This document shows, piece by piece, positions 36,401-48,214 of a stretch of DNA of 64,000 nt. Made by a program: the position numbers and the translations under genes. This DNA is from Macrostomum hystrix (taxonomy: Eukaryota; Animalia; Platyhelminthes). The stretch spans positions 17,112,001 to 17,176,000 of the forward strand of contig CATNEN010000001.1 in NCBI GenBank assembly GCA_950097015.1, read 5' to 3'. How positions within the stretch are numbered: position 1 is the stretch's first letter; each line of letters opens with the position of its first letter. The notes below the pieces were generated by a model. The model made no database searches and was not told the DNA's origin. It saw only the letters and a program-made list of their open reading frames with translations.

Positions 36401-39400
36401 AAAGGCCAACAATACTCGTAGTTAAAATATTGCATATCTTCATGTTAAAATGACGCGCAAAAAATTCGAGCAAAAAATTCCCTTCCGCATCAATAAACAA
36501 ACAAATAAACAATTAAGTTTTGTTGAAGGTCATAGCGCATATTTTTGTATACTAATAAAAATAGTTATATTTTTCATAATATAATAAATCACACAGCCTA
36601 ATTATTTGTTAGCTATAACTGTAACATTTTTATTGCCATAAATATAGTATTTTAGTTTAATTTAAACAAAAATCATCTCCCTATATTTAAAAACATTAGA
36701 AGAAAAAAACAAATATCTATTATAGAAAAATTAGGCCCAAAAATTATAGAATACTTTTAGCATATTTAATAAAAAATTGAAGGCGGTAAGCACATAACGT
36801 ACAACAGAGTGACATCCGGGCAGAAACACAAGTAGGAATTTGGATTTACTATTATGGTATGCCTAAACATGGTCATTCACGTTTGGCATTAAAAATACAC
36901 GGAAACATTAAGTAATTCAGCAGACAGCTAAATTCCTTTTGAATATTTATTATAGCATATTATATATCCTGTCTTTATGTCTAATTTCTTAACTCCATCC
37001 TATGTGCTAGTTAGGATAAGAAAATTTACATCTAAGCTAAGCTCGGCTAAAAAGGAAAGACTAAACACCCCGGCTGTGAAGAAAACACTAAACACCCCGG
37101 CTGTGAGAGAAAGACTAAACACCCGGGCATTGAGTGAGAGACTAAACACCCGGGCATTGAGTGAGAGACTAAACACCCGGGCATTGAGGGAGAGACTAAA
37201 CACCCGGGCTGTGAAGAAAACACTAAACACCCCGGCTGTGAGAGAAAGACTAAACACCCGGGCATTGAGGGAGAGACTAATCACCCGGGCATTGAGGGAG
37301 AGACTAAACACCCGGGCATTGAGGGAGAGACTAAACACCCGGGCATTGAGGGAGAGACTAATCACCCGGGCATTGAGGGAGAGACTAAACACCCGGGCAT
37401 TGAGGGAGAGACTAATCACCCGGGCATTGAGGGAGAGACTAAACACCCGGGCATTGAGGGAGAGACTTAACACCCGGGCATTGAGGGAGAGACTAAACAC
37501 CCGGGCATTGAGGGAGAGACTAATCACCCGGGCATTGAGGGAGAGACTTAACACCCGGGCATTGAGGGAGAGACTTAACACCCGGGCATTGAGGGAGAGA
37601 CTAATCACCCGGGCATTGAGGGAGAGACTAAACACCCGGGCATTGAGGGAGAGACTAAACACCCGGGCATTGAGGGAGAGACTAATCACCCGGGCATTGA
37701 GGGAGAGACTAAACACCCGGGCATTGAGGGAGAGACTAATCACCCGGGCATTGAGGGAGAGACTAAACACCCGGGCATTGAGGGAGAGACTAAACACCCG
37801 GGCATTGAGGGAGAGACTAAACACCCGGGCATTGAGGGAGAGACTAAACACCCGGGCATTGAGGGAGAGACTAAACACCCGGGCATTGAGGGAGAGACTT
37901 AACACCCGGGCATTGAGGGAGAGACTAAACACCCGTGCATTGAGGGAGAGACTTAACACCCGGGCATTAAGGGAGAGACTAATCACCCGGGCATTGAGGG
38001 AGAGACTTAACACCCGGGCATTGAGGGAGAGACTAAACACCCGGGCATTGAGGGAGAGACTAAACACCCGGGCATTGAAGGAGAGACTTAACACCCGGGC
38101 ATTGAGGGAGAGACTTAACACCCGGGCATTGATGGAGAGACTTAACACCCGGGCATTGAAGGAGAGACTAATCACCCGGGCATTGGGGGAGACATTAAAG
38201 ACCTAAAGAATTAAAGTAGAGACTAAATACCTATGAAGTGAGGGAGAGACTAAATACCAAGGCAGTGAGGGAGAGACTAAATACCAAGGCAGTGAGGGAG
38301 AGACTAAATACCAAGGCAGTGAGGGAGAGACTAAATACCTAGGCAGTGAGGGAGAGACTAAATACCTAGGCAGTGAGGGAGAGACTAAATACCAAGGCAG
38401 TGAGGGAGAGACTAAATACCAAGGCTGTGAGGGAGAGACTAAATACCAAGGCAGTGAGGGAGAGACTAAATACCTAGGCAGTGAGGGAGAGACTAAATAC
38501 CAAGGCAGTGAGGGAGAGACTAAATACCAAGGCAGTGAGGGAGAGACTAAATACCAAGGCTGTGAGGGAGAGACTAAATACCAAGGCAGTGAGGGAGAGA
38601 CTAAATACCAAGGCAGTGAGGTAGAGACTAAATACCAAGGCAGTGAGGGAGAGACTAAATACCAAGGCAGTGAGGGAGAGACTAAATACCAAGGCAGTGA
38701 GGTAGAGACTAAATACCAAGGCAGTGAGGGAGAGACTAAATACCAAGGCTGTGAGGGAGAGACTAAATACCAAGGCAGTGAGGGAGAGACTAAATACCAA
38801 GGCAGTGAGGTAGAGACTAAATACCAAGGCAGTGAGGGAGAGACTAAATACCAAGGCAGTGAGGGAGAGACTAAATACCTATGAAGTGAGGGAGAGACTA
38901 AATACCAAGGCAGTGAGGGAGAGACTAAATACCAAGGCTGTGAGGGAGAGACTAAATACCAAGGCAGTGAGGGAGAGACTAAATACCAAGGCTGTGAGGG
39001 AGAGACTAAATACCAAGGCTGTGAGGGAGAGACTAAATACCAAGGCATTGAGGGAGAGACTAAATACCAAGGCTGTGAGGGTGAGACTAAATACCAAGGC
39101 AGTGAGGGAGAGACTAAATACCTATGAAGTGAGGGAGAGACTAAATACCAAGGCTGTGAGGAGAAGATTTTGAAAGTAGACATTTTGAAAGTAGACACCC
39201 TGAAAGTGAGGGAGGGATTAGAAACATCTTACTTTAAAAAGAGGCCTGAAAAACAGAACTAAATCAGCTCAACAAGCATGAAAACCATATTATGTTATTT
39301 CTTTTTAGACAAATCACGGCTCAAATGTTGACATTGTATCACACCAGTCAAAAACGCTTGCCTGCATGCTTTCTACACTTAATATAGTTGGTAAGAGCAC

Positions 39401-41564
39401 CTCTGAAATGATTATTCGTTTTCTTTACCTAAAATTCTGCTTTAAATAGTAACTTTTTTTGCGACGCAAGACTAAAGGAGTGAGCCAGTTTGAAGTGATT
39501 TTCTTTTTCCCAAAGAATAGAAAATTCTTTGACCTTTTAACTCCATTCCTTCGATCATCCTCTACCATTATTATTTTGGTCATCACCCACTACCGTCATT
39601 AATTTGGTCATCACCCTCTACCCCAATTATTTTAGTCATCACCCTCTACCCCAATTACTTCAGTCATTGCCCTGCCCTCTACCCCCCATTATTTCGGTCA
39701 TCGCCCTCTTTCCCTCATATATTTAGTTGTCATCCTCTACCCCCTTATTTTGGTCATCAACCTCTACCCCTATTATTTTAGTCATCGCCCTCTGCCCTTA
39801 TTAGTTTAGTCATCACCCTCTACCCTCATTAATTTAGTCATTACCCTCTACCCCCGTTATTTCAGTCATCGCCCTCTACCCCAATTACTTCAGTCATTGC
39901 CCTCTACCCCAATTACTTCAGCCATTGCCCTCTACCCCAATTATTTCAGTCATCGCCCTCTACCCTAATTATTTCAGTCATTGCCCTCTACCCCCATTAT
40001 TTCAGTCATTGCCCTCATCGCCCTCTGCCCTTATCAATTTTGTCATGACCCTCTACCTCATTAATTTAGTCATCACCCTCTAATCCTCATTAATTTGGTC
40101 ATCCCACCTCTACCCTAATTATTTCAGTCACGCCCTCTACCCAATTATTGCAGTCATTGCCCTCTACCCCCATTATTTCAGTCATTGCCCTCTGCCCTTA
40201 TTAATTTTGTCATGACCCTCTACCTCATTAATTTAGTCATCACCCTCTATCCTTATTAATTTGGTCATAACCCCTCTACCCTAATTATTTCAGTCATCGC
40301 CCTCTGCCCCAATTATTTCAGTCATCGCCCTCTACCCAATTATATCAGTCATAGCCCTCTACCCTAATTATTTCAGTCATTTCCCTCTACCCCCATTATT
40401 TCAGTCATTGCCCTCATCGCCCTCTGCCCTTATCAATTTTGTCATGACCCTCTACCTCATTAATTTAGTCATCACCCTCTAATCCTCATTAATTTGGTCA
40501 TCCCACCTCTACCCTAATTATTTCAGTCATTGCCCGCTGCCCTTATTAATTTGGTCATCACCCTCTACCTCAATTATTTCAGTCATCGCCCTCTGCCCTT
40601 ATTAATTTGGTCATCACCCTCTACCTCAATTATTTCAGTCATCGCCCTCTGCCCTTATTAATTTGGTCATCACCCTCTACCTCAATTATTTCAGTCATCG
40701 CCCTCTGCCCTTATTAATTTGGTCATCACCCTCTACCTCAATTATTTCAGTCATCGCCCTCTGCCCTTATTAATTTGGTCATCACCCTCTAACCCAATTA
40801 TTTCAGTCATTGCCCTCTACCCCCATTTTTTCGGTCATCGTCATCGCCCTCTTACCCTCATTAATTTAGTTGTCATCCTCTGCCCCCATTATTTCAGTCA
40901 TCGCCCTCAACCCTCATTAATATGGTCATTGCCCTGTATCCTCATTATTTCAGTCATCGCCTTTTACCCTCAGTATTTCGGTCATAAATCTCTACCCTCA
41001 TTATTTCAGTCATTGCCCACTACCCCCTTAATTTGTTCATTAACCTCAACCCTCATAACTTCATAGAAGACCATGTTGAACGTGCTATCTAAGAATTTGT
41101 TAGAAAAAGAGTCATGCCTTAAAGTTATTGATTACAAGAAATACCCACAGGAAAGCATTTTCCTATTAGAAATCATCTATATAGAATTTATATAACGTTA
41201 TAAAGGTGTCATATAATGGTGTTGCATTTTTGAACGGTAATACTAAATGTGGATGATTTCACAAGTGTGAAATCCAGCAGCTAAATTATCATTCACTCAC
41301 CTTGCACCCTTCGCAGGCGGGCACACCGTAGTGAACGCCGCTAGCAATGTCCTGACAGACTGCGCACTTAGTTAGAGACAGGTCCAGAGTGAATGGCTCA
41401 ACCGCTCCAACTGACTGCACTGTTCGATGGACAACTGAGTCGTAGTAAACAGCTGGACTGTCCGCCGGCTCGCCGACCAGATTGTTGTCGTCGTCAGAAG
41501 CAGTAGCGACAACCGGCGCAGCCTCCATGACGGCCATCAGTCCGAGACAATCTGGCGAGGCCAT
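27455..41564 (-). CDS. Nuclear hormone receptor, NR1-like (P-box CEGCKG), ~780 aa; join(41564..41301, 33931..32840, 31374..31022, 28715..28576, 28491..28312, 27768..27455)
   Basis: DBD CAVCQDIASGVHYGVPACEGCK|GFFRR...RNTCQWCRLKKC...SKLGRR. LBD-like motifs VVAFTQSI...DKRRLL, LSITDNELAFLSAFCLTSP and FTPLLDI. All five introns are GT-AG with matching phases (0,0,2,1,1). Total 2343 nt = 781 codons including stop. Probable 5'UTR acceptor at 41693. Confidence 0.88.
27852..28268. repeat. 20-bp minisatellite (ATGAGGATCTGGGATYAGAW)n in NR intron 5
   Basis: Tandem repeat. Confidence 0.95.
28867..29584. repeat. 32-bp minisatellite (ACACCTGTTAGACRGGAATATGAGATGGATGA)n in NR intron 3
   Basis: Tandem repeat, ~22 copies. 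Confidence 0.97.
30471..30985. repeat. 23-bp G-rich minisatellite (GAGGGTAGGAATGAGAGGGTGCG)n in NR intron 3
   Basis: Tandem repeat. Confidence 0.95.
31430..32835. repeat. 25-bp minisatellite (GCAGGGATAGAGACAGATCTGAGAT)n filling NR intron 2, ~55 copies
   Basis: Tandem repeat abutting the donor site. Confidence 0.97.
34030..34700. repeat. Degenerate G-rich repeat built on GGGCGGAAATC units with an internal block duplication
   Basis: Recurrent GGGCGGAAATC/GGCGGGAATC; block ~34117-34290 is repeated at ~34351-34520. Confidence 0.85.
37055..38195. repeat. 27-bp minisatellite subfamily 1 (GAGGGAGAGACTAAACACCCGGGCATT)n
   Basis: Tandem repeat, ~42 copies. Confidence 0.97.
38217..39165. repeat. 27-bp minisatellite subfamily 2 (GAGGGAGAGACTAAATACCAAGGCAGT)n
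   Basis: Tandem repeat, ~35 copies. Confidence 0.97.
39555..41060. repeat. Degenerate ~27-28-bp minisatellite (CCCTCTACCCCAATTATTTCAGTCATCG)n
   Basis: Older, diverged tandem repeat in NR intron 1. Confidence 0.9.
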
Positions 41565-42217
41565 TGGAGATCAGCTTGGACTGGCGCGATGCGTCAGCGA
41601 TAATCTGCCGTTTGCCGTTCAGTCCCGTCCAGCCTTAGCTCAAATTGCTAGCTAAATTGGTATTGTCCAACAGGGCCTGCCGAGTAGGATAGCTGGAAGA
41701 ATTATGCATACCAAATTATAATTCAATAATATTTATTTAAAAGAAGTAGCTAAAATTGTTGCTTAGGAGATAAATTAACCATCTATGGGGTTTCCAGAAA
41801 GAACTCCTCTTTTTTTCGGTTAAATAAATTTCAGGACTAGTATAAGAACAATGGGAAACATAGCTGCTGCTGACAAACCTTATGTCTCAGTTTTCAATAT
41901 GCTAGGATGGGATAATAGGGATCAGAACTGATAGTATTTTCAGCCTAAACGGCCTTTTTACCTTGCCGGTCTAAAAGCAGGTATTTTCACGGTGCAAGAG
42001 AAGTTATAAAAATAGTTTTCTACAATTCACTTCAAAAAACAATTGCACTTTCCACTTTTGTAATATTAAATCAATATTGATTTTACTTTCATCAACTGGC
42101 TGAATTCCGGGTTTCATTATGGCCCAGCAAGTTGCAGATTAGAGTGCTCTGATCGGTAAGTGTCCACCAGCTTTGATATTTAATGGGAAATGTCCGCCTA
42201 AGAACTGGGAAACTTAA

Positions 42218-43422
42218 TGGGGTAATGATTAAGGCTGTCAAGGGGTAATCGTCAGGTTAAGGCTGTCATGGGGTAATCGTCAGGTTAAGGCTGTCATGGG
42301 GTAATCGTCAGGTTAAGGCTGTCATAGGGTAATCGTCAGGTTAAGGCTGTCATGGGGTAATCGTCAGGTTAAGGCTGTCATGGGGTAATCGTCAGGTTAA
42401 GGCTGTCATAGGGTAATCGTCAGGTTAAGGCTGTCATGGGGTAATCGTCAGGTTAAGGCTGTCATAGGGTAATCGTCAGGTTAAGGCTGTCATAGGGTAA
42501 TCGTCAGGTTAAGGCTGTCATGGGGTAATCGTCAGGTTAAGGCTGTCATGGGGTAATCGTCAGGTTAAGGCTGTCATAGGGTAATCGTCAGGTTAAGGCT
42601 GTCAAGGGGTAATCGTCAGGTTAAGGCTGTCATGGGGTAATCGTCAGGTTAAGGCTGTCATGGGGTAATCGTCAGGTTAAGGCTGTCATAGGGTAATCGT
42701 CAGGTTAAGGCTGTCATGGGGTAATCGTCAGGTTAAGGCTGTCATAGGGTAATCGTCAGGTTAAGGCTGTCATAGGGTAATCGTCAGGTTAAGGCTGTCA
42801 TGGGGTAATCGTCAGGTTAAGGCTGTCATGGGGTAATCGTCAGGTTAAGGCTGTCATGGGGTAATCGTCAGGTTAAGGATGTCATGGGGTAATCGTCAGG
42901 TTAAGGCTGTCATGGGGTAATCGTCAGGTTAAGGCTGTCATGGGGTAATCGTCAGGTTAAGGCTGTCATAGGGTAATCGTCAGGTTAAGGCTGTCATGGG
43001 GTAATCGTCAGGTTAAGGCTGTCATGGGGTAATCGTCAGGTTAAGGCTGTCATGGGGTAATCGTCAGGTTAAGGCTGTCATGGGGTAATCGTCAGGTTAA
43101 GGCTGTCATAGGGTAATCGTCAGGTTAAGGCTGTCATAGGGTAATCGTCAGGTTAAGGCTGTCATGGGGTAATCGTCAGGTTAAGGCTGTCATAGGGTAA
43201 TCGTCAGGTTAAGGCTGTCATAGGGTAATCGTCAGGTTAAGGCTGTCATGGGGTAATCGTCAGGTTAAGGCTGTCATGGGGTAATCGTCAGGTTAAGGCT
43301 GTCATGGGGTAATCGTCAGGTTAAGGCTGTCATAGGGTAATCGTCAGGTTAAGGCTGTCATCGGGTAATCGTCAGGTTAAGGCTGTCATGGGGTAATCGT
43401 CAGGTTAAGGCTGTCATGGGGT
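42218..43422. repeat. 28-bp minisatellite (RGGGTAATCGTCAGGTTAAGGCTGTCAT)n, ~42 copies
   Basis: Highly homogeneous tandem repeat. Confidence 0.97.
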
Positions 43423-44167
43423 GTGAGAATATTAAAATATTATGAGAAGCGAAAGTATTTCTTACAATAACAGTAGGCTGTGGGAATGACAGAAATAGAG
43501 TTATCTTTTTTGCAAGTGATTAGCAACAAGTGTACCTTTTCATTATCTTAAGTTAACATCCCGGTTAGTTTAAAAGGCATTGTTTAGAGGTACGTACGTA
43601 CAGAAACGAGCGCAGATCCGATGTACATGTACGCCTTTCAACATAGAAATTCTTTCCTGATGATTTCTGCTGCTTTTGCCTCGAATAATATCGAATTTAG
43701 AATTAGGAAATCTTCGGTATCGTCTTTAATGCGTCTCTCCCTCGCAGTCCGCTAAAAATACGTTTGTCTTTTCCGCTAGAAAATGTTTCTATTGGAAGCA
43801 TATAAAGGTAAGATTGTCAGCAGAATGCGGTCGCCCGCTCCAGTTAAAACCGGGTTTCGAGTGGTTGAGTGTGCGCGTGTGCGTCTGCGGTGGGGGGAGG
43901 CCAAGGCAAGGAGACGGACCTGTGGTACTCTGTCCTAAACACACTCTTACTCAGCCACCCACCTACATGAAACCTCCTAAAGTATTTCAGTTTTTTTTGT
44001 AAAAAATTACCGAATAAAATGATTTCTTTCTTGAGTTGAGCTGTTCTTCTCTGTACACACACACGCGCGCACACACAGATACAATGCCAGTTTTACTTTT
44101 TCTAGGGTCTTGAGGCATTCTCCGTTATTTTTAAAGGCGAAGAAGAAGACACAGAGAAAGAGATAGG

Positions 44168-44190
44168 TAGAGAGAGAGAGAGAGAGAGAG
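44168..44190. repeat. (GA)n microsatellite; (CA)n nearby at ~44055-44076
   Basis: Simple repeat. Confidence 0.85.
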
Positions 44191-45077
44191 TTCGCGGTCC
44201 ACTCTGCGATACCGAGATAGCGGTTAAAGGTTGGGGTGGGAGTGGGGCGGGTGATAGGTGAATTCAGCCACCCCATTAATATATTTAACCTTCAGCCCTA
44301 GCCCTAGTTTAGCGCCTTTTTCTAGTCCAGAAAACTGACAATAACCGGATTTTACTGGATTCTCCATATCTGCCAGTTTTATAAAGATATCGTTCAGAGA
44401 GAAAGAGAGTGGGGTCGTGACACAGCTGCAGGGGTTCACAGCGTTCTCTAGTCAAACCCTGTCTAGATTCTCAAAACAATGACCTTCCTTCTAACACTAG
44501 ATGCCCCTCAAATACACTCATAATATGATTCAAAATAGACTGTACCTTCATTCACAATTACTTGCACAGTACAGACTATTCTTCTGTTGCCTAATTCTAG
44601 CTGTTAAAAAAAGTATTCAGATTGTCTTAACACCCCATCCATTTCATATTCTACTTTCTTAAAAAACGTCTAGGCCCTAAAGCTAAAACATTTAGTAGTT
44701 CAATTAATTGATAAAATAAAAAAATGGATAGTCAGTTGAACAACTAAAATGAGATTTTTATCTGGCAGTTTTAGGTACAATAGTTAATCACATTCACAGT
44801 TTCTAATAAAAAGCTACTCAAACACCCCCCATCAGTCTATAATCTATATAAGGGTCACAGGGAGATTTTAATAAAGGCTTAACTATACCTGATCAATCCT
44901 TGAGTTATTAGTTTCCTTATAAAAGTTGACTCGAAAGCTAATTAAAATGAATAGTTTGACTTCTTTTATTTCGATTATACTAAAATTAGGTAACCACAAT
45001 GGGTAGATATGGGTGACTGACATGTCTATGCTCTATAATCCAAAATTAAGATTCACAAAAAAATTTTTCAAGTGAAT

Positions 45078-45481
45078 GGTAAACAGCGGGAGTAACTACA
45101 GACACAAAATGAGTATTTGATGACTCGCCATCTTTGTAGCGCTTATATACAGTAAAAATAAATTATCATTTAGTGTCATTATAAGATGGTCTTGAAAAAA
45201 CTATAACTGTGATTAAAGGAGGAACTCTAAAGGGTTCACTTAATTTAACTAGCTCATATAGCACAATTAGGTTAGTTATTAGGCTGACTAAACTCATATC
45301 TATAGTTTGCCATTCAATTTTTTGTTTTGCTTTAAATGCTTGCCAAAAGCATCAAAATTGCAATTAAATTCTTTCTTTATCTTCACACACAATAGCAACT
45401 GAGTTAAGTAGTGTTCCATACCAAAGGTACAAAGCAAGAGCAACTATGTTTCTATAGAGCCTATACCATGCCTCGTCATCT
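45078..45481 (+). other. 28S rRNA-derived fragments (helix 69 and helix 71 regions) separated by 369 nt; not an intact rRNA gene
   Basis: GGTAAACaGCGGGAGTAACTA (45078-45098; 20/21 to eukaryotic LSU) and ATGCCTCGTCATCT (45468-45481; 14/14), same strand and native order. Comparison is to the LSU consensus as I recall it. Confidence 0.5.
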
Positions 45482-48214
45482 TATAAGTACATTGACCTAA
45501 TTTCTTAGAACTAAATAAAACTTAGCTGCCCAAAAGTTAACCCAACAAAACCTTGGATAGTATTCATGTGCACGCCATGTTTTGAAGCATAATCCTACTA
45601 GGTTCCTGATCAGATTTTATTAATAGTCTGATATTATTGAATTCTCCATAAGTTTCCACAAGTGAATCAAAAAGTACATTTCTACTCAGTCTTTGATTTG
45701 CTTCAGTTTTTAGGCCTAGCCAAAATCACTTTCCTAGAAGCTTTTTTGTTGGGCTTGAAAATATTTTAAACAATTGTGAACCCTAAAGTGCTAACTGGCT
45801 AGGCTTAGTCAATTAAGGAATTTATAGCCTTTGCATGTAGCTAGCAAATACCAAATATTAACTTGCTAACTATATACAATGCCCACCCACATTGCAGCCA
45901 AAGATTTGAATTATTTTTAAAGTAAAAATATAAGTGACTAAAAAATCAGGTGGACTTTTAAATTTTTTTAATCTAAGCCTTCAATAGCACAAAAATAATT
46001 TCAACTGGCTACCATTTGATAGAGAAAGTCTACAAACCTAGAATAAAGCAAAGCCAGCATTCAAATCAATATGCCTATAGCTCAAAAGTTATTTTGGATT
46101 CACCTGTGGCTTGCCATTTTCTAATGGCATGATAATAATATATTTATAAAATATGTAATGCCTTTCTAAACATTGCAATCAGATAGGCTTAGAAAATTAG
46201 ATTAAGTTCTAATAATAAGTTTATCTTAAGAACAAAAAACAATAAATTTTGTAGGCCTACTTACTTAGCTGAGCTGAGAAAAGTTCTGTAATATGCACAC
46301 AAATTTGTGCCCTCTTCATGTCACATTATGTGATTATTGTATAGCTGTTTCTTTCTGTAATTTCAATTGCCCTGCTATCATTTAAGAAAGCAAAATGTTT
46401 CGTTAAGCTATAGCGGGAGCCACTTCCTCGAAAAAAAAGTATTAGTTATAGCCTAGGCGTAGGCCTATAAGAATAAAGTTAAAGTCTAGATGCGATGTTT
46501 TTGTCTGTTAACACGTGACTTCACTGTACGACTTTATAATGATCATGTGAGCTGTGACAAATAATCGCGGCGATTAAAGTGAAACAAAAATTACACGAAG
46601 TTTTCTAGATTTTGCAAGGCCTAGGCCTACTATTACTAAGCCTTAGGGCACAGAAATAAATGTCTAATGATAGGCTAGTTGGCTATGGCTGCAAGGAAGA
46701 ACTTGATATCACTTGCTTGTTACATGGGAAAAATAGACAACAAAGAAAGGTTAATCAACAAGAAAGAAAGTCTATGACGAGTCAACAATATTTTTGCTCA
46801 CAAGTTGTTAATCTAGATTCACATTGAGTTATATGTTATTCATTCTGTTGAATAGCTGATAACTTTTTATAGATGCTTTTCGACTTCTAAATTGTTTTTT
46901 AAAATCGAATACTGACTTCTCATATGTTCACTGAAGGCACAAAGGATGAACTTGCTAGCAGAAAATAGCTGATTGACTCTGATTGACTTGTTGGGCCAGT
47001 GGCTATACAAAGACATGTAAGAAATAAAACAGTCTGCTTAGGTGTGAAGTGGTTGCATATAATGCACGCATCTTTTTATAAAACAGAAAAGCTTAAGCGC
47101 TTCAAGCCATGTGTGGCTTACTTCAGACATAATCCTAAGCAATATTGAATATTAGCTACTGTAGCTACACATAAACCTTTAATATACACAAGGTTATAGC
47201 TAATGACATCTAAATTCAGTAAATAGTCGCTTCCTAGTTAGCTGTGTGAGTTATCAGCCGGCAACACACTTTAAATAACTGTAGACAGAGGCTTGCTCCA
47301 ATAGAGGAAGGAAATCGCACTGGGAACCAACAAGCGCGCGATTGGTCAGCAAACAGACAAGTCACGTAGGCCTACACGTTGTTCGGTGGAATAATTTTAA
47401 ATTGAAAATTATGTCGCATCGCGAAAAACTCATTACTGGTGTATTTGCTGCTTGAATTCAATAACTAGCAGAAATACATATCACAGAGGCGGGCCATTTC
47501 ACATTGGATTCTGTGCCCCAAAGCCGGTAGATGGGTGCGTCATTTGTTTTAAACGGTGGTGAGCGTGGAAAATTTTGCGGAATGTATTTTCTTTTGTTGC
47601 GTCCGTTACATTAATAAATGGCGTGACCTAGAGACATACGAGTAGAGCTTTTTAGTGCTACGAGATATACCTGAGGGTAAAATGCTTTTCGTGTCTTCAT
47701 GAGACTTTTTTGAAGAAATGCTTGGTTGCATACTCTACATCTGTCTTGATAACAGGAAATTGATCTTGTTTGATGTTTCATTTTTTGAACCACCTTTACT
47801 TTCTTTCGCTGGAAACTAAATTTCATGATGAAAATATATGGTTTTCAGGAATTGTTTGTTATCTTAGTTTTGCTGCCAATTTCTCTTGTAAATTATAAAT
47901 GAGTCGACACAGTTGTTTTTCTATGGACTTGATTTAACAATAAAAAATTACAGTTCTGCTTTCATTTCATGCAAAAGATGTGCACTTTTCAAATACTTTT
48001 GCTGAGAAATTCACTTTTTAGAGCATTTCAAATGTAGAAAACGAAAAGTGTAGTTTAATAATTCAGTCACCTGTCAGTTTTCTTTACAATATAGGTGCAT
48101 TATAATGAGATTGATGCTAAGTAGGTTTGGAATGTTGGACTTCATACATTAAATATTTCAACTTCAAAGCCAAGTACCTAAGTGTAGAACAACTATTTGT
48201 TATTGGAGGATTAC

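Noticed and set aside
45099-45467. Group I intron in the gap between the 28S-like blocks
   Set aside because: Size and position fit, but I could not find convincing P7 (R/S) elements, and the exon junction sequence CTCTCT/TAAGGTAGC is missing.
46080-46560. Further 28S-like snippets (GAAAAGTT, CTCTTC, GTGAGCTG)
   Set aside because: Too short and wrongly spaced to distinguish from chance in AT-rich DNA.
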